DNA of 32,000 nucleotides, taken from the NCBI RefSeq assembly GCF_000020225.1, contig NC_010655.1:1260001-1292000 (forward strand), read 5' to 3'. A model generated the notes under the pieces. That model was not told the origin of the DNA and did not search any database. It worked only from the letters and a program-made list of their open reading frames with translations. A program made the position numbers and the translations under genes. The first letter of the stretch is position 1, and each line of letters begins with the position of its first letter. Source of the stretch: Akkermansia muciniphila ATCC BAA-835. GTDB taxonomy: Bacteria > Verrucomicrobiota > Verrucomicrobiia > Verrucomicrobiales > Akkermansiaceae. Positions 17,393-24,185 of this stretch are shown here, one piece after another.

Positions 17393-18406
17393 TTAGTGAA
17401 AAAAAGGAAAACTTTTTATCCGGTCTTTAATATTCAAATACCTTTGCAGCAGGCAAAACGGGAGCAATCTTGGAATGCTGACCAGCCAGAGCCTCGGCCT
17501 GCATTGCAGAATGTTCCAAAACCATTTGAGTTTGGTAAGAAGGCTGTTATCGAATGAAGCATAGGGGAAGAGCAGGAGCCTTCTCTGTTCCGCCTGAATC
17601 AGCCTCATCAGGCGATCGGCGGCCTGGTATGTTATTTCCCCGGACTTATGCTTGCCGTATACCTCTTTCATGATCATTATCCAGGTTGTTATCAGGAATT
17701 CCGATCTCTTGATCAGGATTGTCCTGGGGTTCCCGCTCTTAAAATTGCAGATATTACTGTTGTGTCTCCGATAGTACGAACACCGTTTGCCGGATGCGAC
17801 CATGCCTGATTTTTTCAAATAGGCGCGCATGGACAGCATTGTATCGTCCGCAATGCCGGCCCCTGAAGGCAAATATTCGAAGTCGCTGAACAAAGACCTG
17901 TGGTACATGGCATTTCCGCCAAAACAGCTGTAAACATGGGAAATGTCAAAAATACATTCCCTGTAGGGTTTGACGACGACGGAATCTGAATCTGGCAACA
18001 TGCGTCCATAAGCGGGTTGTCCATCTTCATCGATTTCATTATAAGAATGGCAGTAAACCAGATGACCGGGATATTTTTCCGCCAGAGATGCCAACGAGGA
18101 GATCCTGTCTTCCCGTGCGATGTCATCGCCGTCAAACTTGATAATCCATTCCCCCCGGGACAAATGAACGGCACATTGCAAATTCCCTGCAATTCCCCGG
18201 TTGCTTTCGTTACGGTGGAGAATAATACGCCGTCCTTCTCCCTCTTTTTCCACCATTTCTTCCAGGCATTCAAAAGAACCGTCCTGAGAAAAATCGTCCG
18301 AAATAATTATTTCCCATTCTCCTAGATAATCCTGTTTTAAAATAGCCCGGAACTGTTCCTTGATAAAACGTTTCTGATTGTAACAAAGAAGAATGGCTGA
18401 AATCAT
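17393..18406 (-). CDS. Family 2 glycosyltransferase (GT-A)
   Basis: 337 aa with ISAILLCYNQKRFIKEQFRAILKQDY..IIISDDFSQDGS and the DxD motif FDGDDIA. Its composition is AT-richer than the flanking genes. Confidence 0.85.
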   Translation of the reverse strand: MISAILLCYNQKRFIKEQFRAILKQDYLGEWEIIISDDFSQDGSFECLEEMVEKEGEGRRIILHRNESNRGIAGNLQCAVHLSRGEWIIKFDGDDIAREDRISSLASLAEKYPGHLVYCHSYNEIDEDGQPAYGRMLPDSDSVVVKPYRECIFDISHVYSCFGGNAMYHRSLFSDFEYLPSGAGIADDTMLSMRAYLKKSGMVASGKRCSYYRRHNSNICNFKSGNPRTILIKRSEFLITTWIMIMKEVYGKHKSGEITYQAADRLMRLIQAEQRRLLLFPYASFDNSLLTKLKWFWNILQCRPRLWLVSIPRLLPFCLLQRYLNIKDRIKSFPFFH

Positions 18407-18452
18407 GAAATCGAATAAACAGTTTAAGTTTTTTTAAACTGTCTAAAAATAA

Positions 18453-18487
18453 CGAATTCCAAATTCGATTGGGGAATTCCAAATCCG
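18453..18487. promoter_or_regulatory. Two copies of a 15-bp motif, 20 bp apart, upstream of the GT2 gene
   Basis: Site 1 is CGAATTccaAATTCG (18453-18467), a perfect 6-3-6 palindrome. Site 2 is GGAATTccaAATCCG (18473-18487). The two share the 11-mer GAATTCCAAAT. Confidence 0.55.
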
Positions 18488-18724
18488 CTGTAATTAAAAA
18501 GAGATTGCGTGCGGTTGTTTCTGCATGACAGGAGAGCCTCTTCGCAGAAAGGAAATAAAACTGATGATCAATAATTTTCTTTGAAATACGGACTTTCCGG
18601 CAGGTATGGATGTTTCTGCCGGAATGGGAATTGATGGGGTTACCCGGATGGAATCATGAAGACGGAAGATTCCGGTCATTGGGGAAGCTTATTTTCAGAA
18701 GTTCCTTTCTTTCAAAATTTAACC

Positions 18725-18754
18725 TTGACTCCGGATTTGGAATCCGTGTAATAT
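18725..18754 (+). promoter_or_regulatory. Sigma70-like promoter with a palindromic operator in its spacer
   Basis: TTGACT (18725-18730), an 18-nt spacer, then TAATAT (18749-18754). The spacer contains the perfect palindrome CGGATTtggAATCCG (18732-18746), which is the inverted version of the motif at 18453-18487. It lies about 100 nt upstream of the ATG at 18857. Confidence 0.55.
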
Positions 18755-18856
18755 GCCCCGCACTCTTTTTACTGTGCGTGCACTCAGAGAGCAAATCCCT
18801 TTTTTTTCAATAATTTATGTTGAAGGGTACGGTTTGTTTCTCAACATCAAACGGCC

Positions 18857-19840
18857 ATGGATACTTCTTCCCGGAAAACGTCTCTTGTTGTATTGTTCAA
18901 CCATCAGTATGAACGTAACATTCCGGTAATCAGAGAGCTTTATTCAAGACGCTTTTCCGGGTTGCTTCAATTAATGCCCTACTACAAGGGAGATGCCCCT
19001 GACGTATGTTCCGTCTTCGGGAATTCTTTCCAGTTCTATAATTATATTTTGCAGTCCAGGGAAAGAATCAGGCAGTTGGAGGGCGATTATTTTCTTATTA
19101 TCGGAGACGATCTTCTTTTAAATCCCAGGTTTGACGAATTTTCAACGCCGTCCCTGCTGGGAATCCATGGGGAGGATACGTGTTACCTTGACGGTTTTGT
19201 GGACGTTTCTCTGCCGGTGTGTTACCGGGGAACGGCGGAAGCCCACCATTTTTCCATAACCCCTCCCGGTATTGATGCGGAAAGCGTCAACAGGAACGTT
19301 CCCTCCTATGAGGAGGCCAGGCGGATTTTAAAATCCAGGAACCTCATGCGGCATGATGAATTGTCGCGCGTACGCATGTTTCTGCCCAAATGGAGCCCCG
19401 GGGGGATTCATGCGAATTGGAAAGTGTTGAAGGGCAGGGTATGGCATCTGCTGAATTACTGGAAGCACCGGATTAAAAAATACCGGTATTCCTATCCTGT
19501 CGTTTTCGGATATTCGGACATTGTCTGCATTCCGAAAGGGAAATTAGACGATTTCTGCCGTATCCTTGAAGTGTTCTCCGCATGGAACATGTTTGTGGAG
19601 CTGGCCATTCCCACGGCGTTGCAGCTTCTTCCCGGAACAAAGCTGTCTACGCTGGAGGACACGCAGTACAAGTCGGGAAACGTCTGGTTTCCCCAGGATC
19701 CGGAACACTTTGAAGCCATGAATGCCGTCATTGACGGGCTCGTGTCCTCTTCCGGAGGAGACCTCGGCAAGCTGCTTGCCTCCTTTCCGGAGGAATACCT
19801 GTATCTCCATCCCGTGAAATTGTCCCGTTTCGCCAGATAG
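18857..19840 (+). CDS. Hypothetical protein, possibly a glycosyltransferase-like enzyme
   Basis: 327 aa. The N-terminal strand-like SLVVLFNHQYERNIPVI and an acidic motif FLIIGDDLLLNP resemble a GT-A DxD context. I recognise no family. It is followed after 28 nt by the mutase-like gene. Confidence 0.4.
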   Translation: MDTSSRKTSLVVLFNHQYERNIPVIRELYSRRFSGLLQLMPYYKGDAPDVCSVFGNSFQFYNYILQSRERIRQLEGDYFLIIGDDLLLNPRFDEFSTPSLLGIHGEDTCYLDGFVDVSLPVCYRGTAEAHHFSITPPGIDAESVNRNVPSYEEARRILKSRNLMRHDELSRVRMFLPKWSPGGIHANWKVLKGRVWHLLNYWKHRIKKYRYSYPVVFGYSDIVCIPKGKLDDFCRILEVFSAWNMFVELAIPTALQLLPGTKLSTLEDTQYKSGNVWFPQDPEHFEAMNAVIDGLVSSSGGDLGKLLASFPEEYLYLHPVKLSRFAR

Positions 19841-19868
19841 TGGCGTCCATAAATTGTTTTTTTATCCC

Positions 19869-21134
19869 ATGATGAAATATGCTGTGATCGGAGCCGGGGT
19901 TTCCGGATTGTCCATGGCCGGAATGTTGCTGAAGAAAGGGCATGAGGTAGTCGTTTATGAGAGGGACTCCCGGCCCGGCGGCCTGATTAAATGCACGGAA
20001 GTACAGGGGAACCTGTATCATCGTGTGGGAGGCCATGTGTTCAATTCCCGGCGGCAGGAAGTGCTGGACTGGTTTTGGTCCCGGTTTGACAGGGAGCGCG
20101 ATTTTGTTTCCGCCCGGAGACGGGCTGTTATTTCCCTGGAGGGCGGGGCTGTGGTGGATTATCCCATTGAGAACCACCTCGACCAGTTTCCCGAGGCCGT
20201 CCGTTCCTCCATCGTCCATGAGCTGCTGGAACTTTACAGGAATCCTCCCGCGGAGCCCCGCTCCCTGGGTGAGTTTTTTCTGAACCGTTTCGGAAAAACC
20301 CTGAACAGCCTTTATTTTACGCCGTACAATAACAAAGTGTGGAGGCAGGATATCAGCCAAATTGCCATGGATTGGCTGGAAGACAAGCTTCCCATGCCGA
20401 GCGTGGCGGAAATCCTGTTGAACAATATTGGGCACATCAATGAAAGCGCCATGGTGCACAGTTCTTTCTTTTATGCGAAAAACGGCGGTTCCCAGTTTCT
20501 GGCGGATACGCTGGCTCGCGGCCTCAAGGTCAGGTATCGGCAGGAAGCTGTAAATATCCTCCCGAAGGACGGGAAATGGCTCGTACAGGGAGAATTGTTT
20601 GACAGAGTTGTCTTTACGGGGAATGTCAGGCAGCTTGGGGATTGTTTTCCCTGCATGGATGAATTGCGGCCGTTTTTCCCCCGGATTTCAGAATTGCGCT
20701 CTCACGGAACCACTTCCGTGCTTTGCCGGATTTCCCCCAATGATTACAGCTGGATTTACATGCCCTCTCCATCCCACCGCTCTCACCGGATCATTTGCAC
20801 GGGGAATTTTTCCAGAAATAATAATAACGGGGACATCACCACCGCGACTATTGAATTTTCCGAGCAAATGATGGAAGGGGAAATCAGGCGCCAGCTGGAG
20901 CTTATTCCCTTTTCCCCTGTGTATCTGGCCCATCACTGGGAAGAATATACCTATCCCGTTCAGGATGTTTCCAGCCGAACCCTCATACGGGAACTAAAGG
21001 AGTGCCTGGAACCGAAAGGCATTTATTTATTAGGCCGTTTTGCGGAGTGGGAATACTACAATATGGATGCGGCCATGGGGGCGGCCCTTGATTTGGATAA
21101 AAGGCTGGCTGCGGAGCAGATGACACGGGGATAA
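19869..21134 (+). CDS. UDP-galactopyranose mutase-like FAD-dependent enzyme (Glf-like)
   Basis: The ATG at 19869 is preferred over the TTG at 19854. It has an FAD Rossmann motif (YAVIGAGVSGLSMAGMLLKKGHEVVVYERDSRPGG). VGGHVFNS, YFTPYNNKVWRQD and YPVQD...LLGRFAEWEYYNMDAAM parallel E. coli Glf GAHIFHT, GYTEKQWG and YPVND..GGRLAEYKYYDMHQV as I remember them. Confidence 0.6.
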   Translation: MMKYAVIGAGVSGLSMAGMLLKKGHEVVVYERDSRPGGLIKCTEVQGNLYHRVGGHVFNSRRQEVLDWFWSRFDRERDFVSARRRAVISLEGGAVVDYPIENHLDQFPEAVRSSIVHELLELYRNPPAEPRSLGEFFLNRFGKTLNSLYFTPYNNKVWRQDISQIAMDWLEDKLPMPSVAEILLNNIGHINESAMVHSSFFYAKNGGSQFLADTLARGLKVRYRQEAVNILPKDGKWLVQGELFDRVVFTGNVRQLGDCFPCMDELRPFFPRISELRSHGTTSVLCRISPNDYSWIYMPSPSHRSHRIICTGNFSRNNNNGDITTATIEFSEQMMEGEIRRQLELIPFSPVYLAHHWEEYTYPVQDVSSRTLIRELKECLEPKGIYLLGRFAEWEYYNMDAAMGAALDLDKRLAAEQMTRG

Positions 21135-21166
21135 GTCAAATTCTGGACATTGTGGTGTATTTGAAC

Positions 21167-21192
21167 GGGGGATTGTAAATCCGCCTGTTTTT
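21167..21192 (+). terminator. Weak terminator-like hairpin that also matches the 15-bp palindromic motif
   Basis: GGGGGATTgtaAATCCGCC forms 7 pairs with 1 mismatch and a 3-nt loop, followed by TGTTTTT. The core GGGATTgtaAATCCG (21169-21183) fits the CGGATT-N3-AATCCG pattern. Confidence 0.4.
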
Positions 21193-21327
21193 AAAAAAGT
21201 TTGGATATAGTTATAAAAAGATAACTATAAATAACTTATTGTGTTGAATGGTTTTTTGGTAATTAAAAAAATCCTGTTTCAATCCGTGGTTCCATGCACG
21301 GAGATGATTCTCCGTTAAAGTTTTCCA

Positions 21328-21356
21328 TTGACAGCGAATTTACAACTCGTTATAGG
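21328..21356 (+). promoter_or_regulatory. Sigma70-like promoter for the third plus-strand gene of the AT-richer block
   Basis: TTGACA (21328-21333), a 17-nt spacer, then TATAGG (21351-21356). The TTG that the ORF track used as a start codon is the first triplet of the -35 hexamer. Confidence 0.5.
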
Positions 21357-21417
21357 TACGGACGCAGAAGATGTGTTCCCGTTTTTAGGGACATGGTTTC
21401 CACCGGAATCTGGGAGT

Positions 21418-22308
21418 ATGGCTATCCGTTATTGTTCTTTCGCGACCCGCGGCTATCATTTGCGGCAATGGATGCAGATGATGAGCCTGAGGCTGGCGGA
21501 TTCCTCAGTGGAGTTGTCCTGTTGGAATCTTAATCGCCTGGAAAGGGAAGGAATCAGGGAGGCTATTCCATGGTTTGACCTGAATTTACAGGGTGTCGGG
21601 TTTTGGGTATGGAAACCCTTCATCATTCTCAAGGAGCTGGAACATTTGGAGGAAGGGGATTACCTGCTTTATACGGATGCGGGGCGCCCGCCGGGGAGGC
21701 TTTTCCATCATTCCTTGGAGCCGTTTGTCCAATGGCTCCGGGAGAAGGGGCAGGATATGATGCCGGGCGTGAATATTTCCTATTATACGGGAGGCCTTAC
21801 GCGGTGGTGCAAGCAGAGCGTTTTTGATGAATTGAAGCTGGATAGCGGGTCTTTTGAACAGGCTCCCCTGATTCAGGGCTCCTTCCTTTTCTTGAAAAAA
21901 TCGGAACAAAGCCTCCGAATTCTCCGTGAATGGATGGATTTGTGCCGTCAGTTCAAATTGGTGTCTTCTGCCACTACGGAAGAAGAGAGCCGTTGCCGCG
22001 ATAATTTTGTAGCTCATACGCACGATCAGACGCTGCTGTCTCTCGTGGCGGCGCAACATCATCTGGACTGCCTGTATTCCGGGAAGGGCGTCATTCATCT
22101 GGAAGGCCGCCGGGCGTTTGAGCGGCATCCCGGTTTTGACGACAAAGACCCGGACTGGTTTTTGGAAGAGCTTGGCGCAAAGAAAGCGGAGCATCCCTTA
22201 ATGCCCGTGCTTTGCTGCATGCAACAGGCGTTTTTCCTGTATGAAAAAGCCATGAATAAATTGATGAAGCTGGCGGGCTTGAGACCCCTCCGCGGGTTTT
22301 ACGGTTGA
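21418..22308 (+). CDS. Hypothetical protein, possibly a nucleotide-sugar transferase-like enzyme
   Basis: I prefer the ATG at 21418, which is preceded by GGGAG (MAIRYCSFATRGYH...). The motifs FWVWKPFIILKEL..GDYLLYTDAG and AHTHDQTLLSLV resemble poorly characterised LPS/capsule transferase families. No firm family assignment is possible. Confidence 0.4.
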   Translation: MAIRYCSFATRGYHLRQWMQMMSLRLADSSVELSCWNLNRLEREGIREAIPWFDLNLQGVGFWVWKPFIILKELEHLEEGDYLLYTDAGRPPGRLFHHSLEPFVQWLREKGQDMMPGVNISYYTGGLTRWCKQSVFDELKLDSGSFEQAPLIQGSFLFLKKSEQSLRILREWMDLCRQFKLVSSATTEEESRCRDNFVAHTHDQTLLSLVAAQHHLDCLYSGKGVIHLEGRRAFERHPGFDDKDPDWFLEELGAKKAEHPLMPVLCCMQQAFFLYEKAMNKLMKLAGLRPLRGFYG

Positions 22309-22382
22309 TGGACGGTTGTGTGCGGAAGGGGAGTTTGCCTGTTTCGGCCTCCGTGACGGATCTCTCCGGCCTGCTATGGACG

Positions 22383-22412
22383 AAAATAAAAAAGCGCCGG
22401 AAAAACCGGCGC
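22383..22412 (-). terminator. Rho-independent terminator of the sulfatase gene
   Basis: The minus strand reads GCGCCGG-TTTTT-CCGGCGC followed by TTTTTTATTTT. The stem is at 22394-22400 / 22406-22412, and the A-run on plus is at 22383-22393. It lies 28 nt downstream of the stop at 22440. Confidence 0.8.
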
Positions 22413-22439
22413 TTGGAAAGGTAGTTTCCTGTGTGGCTT

Positions 22440-24098
22440 TTACCAGGAAGCGTCGAATTTGGGGATAGGCGTTCCTTTGCCTCCGGGGCTGTTTTCCGGA
22501 ACTTTATAGGTTTTGCGCAGTTCGTGGTAACGCTTCTTGAGCTGTTCCACCGTAGTCTTGTAGGCAGGATCGTCAATGACGTTTTTCATTTGCATGGGAT
22601 CCTTTTTCATGTCAAAGAGCATCCATTCGTCGCTGGTCCAGATGTAGGAAAGCGTGTAGCGGTCCGTCCGGATGCCGTCGTGGCGCGGGGCGTTGTGTTC
22701 GCCGGGATTTTCGTAAAAACAGTAGTAAATGGCATCCCTCCAGTTGTCGGGAGTTTTGCCCGTGAAAGCGGTGGGAAGCAGGGATACGCCCTGGAAGGTA
22801 TTCATGTTTTCCGGGGTGTCCGCCCCTGCCGCGGAAACGATGGTGGGAGCGTAGTCGATATTCTGCACCATGGTGTTGTTGCGGATGCCCGCGGGAATTT
22901 TGCCGGGCCATCTCATGATGAGGGGCATGCGGAGGGATTCTTCAAAAATCCAGCGCTTGTCGTACATGCCGTGTTCTCCCATGTAGAACCCCTGGTCTCC
23001 GCAGTAGATGACCAGCGTGTCTTTCGCAATCCCCTCTTTGTCCAGATATTCCATAAGGCGGCCGATGCTGTCGTCCACGGACAGAAGGCATCCCAGATAA
23101 TCCTCCATGTAGGCATGCCACTTCCATTCCGCAAACGCTTTCGGGTCCTTCAGTTTTCCGGATTTCATGCCGTCCACCAGGGATTTGGTGCGCTTGGCGT
23201 AATAGTCCGTCCAGGTTTTCTTTTCTTCCGGAGTCATGCGGTTCAACTCGCCCAGGTCCCAGCCGTAACCGGGGGAAACGATGCTTTTGCGCATTTCTTC
23301 CGGAACCTGGTCCTTAAGCACTTTGAGGTCGGAATAAATCGCCATGTGATTGGCGACTGTCTGCTGGTTTTTCTTCAGGAATTCCGGACGGTTGGCATAG
23401 TCGTCATGGAAGTTGGCGGGCGGCGTCATGCTGGAAGTGTCCACCTTGCCCAGGTGGCGCAGAGCAGGGCACCAGGCGCGGTGGGGAGCCTTGTGGCCCA
23501 CAACGAGCAGGAAAGGTTTGTTCTTGTCCCGGTTTCCCAGCCACTGGATGGATTTGTCCGTGACCACGTCCGTGGCATATCCGGGAAAACGCTTTGTCTG
23601 GCGTTTGCCGTCCGGCTTGAGGCTGATAAAGTCCGGATTGTAGTAGCTGCCCTGGCCGGGGAAGATTTCCCACGTGTCGAACCCGGTGGGGTCCGATTCC
23701 AGATGCCATTTGCCGAAAAGGCCCGTCTGGTATCCGGCCTTCTGCAGCATTTTCGGGTAAGTGGGCTGGGAGCCGTCCAGCGGTCTTTGTCCGTTGAAGA
23801 CAAAACCGTTCATGTGGGAATGCCTGCCGGTCAGGATGCAGGCGCGGGAGGGGCCGCACAGGGAGTTGGCGCAGTAGCTGCGGTCAAAAACCATGCCTTG
23901 GCGTCCCAGTTTGTTGAAATTGGGCAGGGCCACGGGGGAATCATTATTGCCGGTGCCCAGCGTCTGGTAGGCGTGGTCGTCCGTAATGATAAAGAGGATA
24001 TTCGGTTTTTTATTTTCCTCAGCCTTGGTTTGAGCTGAGAGGGGAGCTGCCGCCAGCAGGGCCAGAGTTCCGGCGATGATGGTTTTCAAAGGTCTCAT
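22440..24098 (-). CDS. Secreted Cys-type sulfatase (S1 family)
   Basis: 552 aa with the signal peptide MRPLKTIIAGTLALLAAAPLSAQ. It also has NILFIITDDH and the formylglycine motif SLCGPSRACILTGR. Confidence 0.9.
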   Translation of the reverse strand: MRPLKTIIAGTLALLAAAPLSAQTKAEENKKPNILFIITDDHAYQTLGTGNNDSPVALPNFNKLGRQGMVFDRSYCANSLCGPSRACILTGRHSHMNGFVFNGQRPLDGSQPTYPKMLQKAGYQTGLFGKWHLESDPTGFDTWEIFPGQGSYYNPDFISLKPDGKRQTKRFPGYATDVVTDKSIQWLGNRDKNKPFLLVVGHKAPHRAWCPALRHLGKVDTSSMTPPANFHDDYANRPEFLKKNQQTVANHMAIYSDLKVLKDQVPEEMRKSIVSPGYGWDLGELNRMTPEEKKTWTDYYAKRTKSLVDGMKSGKLKDPKAFAEWKWHAYMEDYLGCLLSVDDSIGRLMEYLDKEGIAKDTLVIYCGDQGFYMGEHGMYDKRWIFEESLRMPLIMRWPGKIPAGIRNNTMVQNIDYAPTIVSAAGADTPENMNTFQGVSLLPTAFTGKTPDNWRDAIYYCFYENPGEHNAPRHDGIRTDRYTLSYIWTSDEWMLFDMKKDPMQMKNVIDDPAYKTTVEQLKKRYHELRKTYKVPENSPGGKGTPIPKFDASW

Positions 24099-24185
24099 AT
24101 TGCCTGGAGGATATAGGATGACGGCGCCGTGTCAATGTCATAGGATTCCTTTTGCCGGGATTCTGCGTTATGGTATTCTTGCCCC

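Noticed and set aside
18494-18813. Small ORFs (61 and 67 aa) in the 450-bp AT-rich divergent gap
   Set aside because: Neither has a convincing start context. The translations are compositionally odd, and the region is better explained as promoter, operator and leader sequence.
17320-22440. Calling the AT-richer glycan block a mobile element or genomic island with defined ends
   Set aside because: I could find no integrase, transposase, tRNA or flanking direct repeats. Only the compositional shift supports foreign origin, so I report it as a finding and not as a mobile_element feature.
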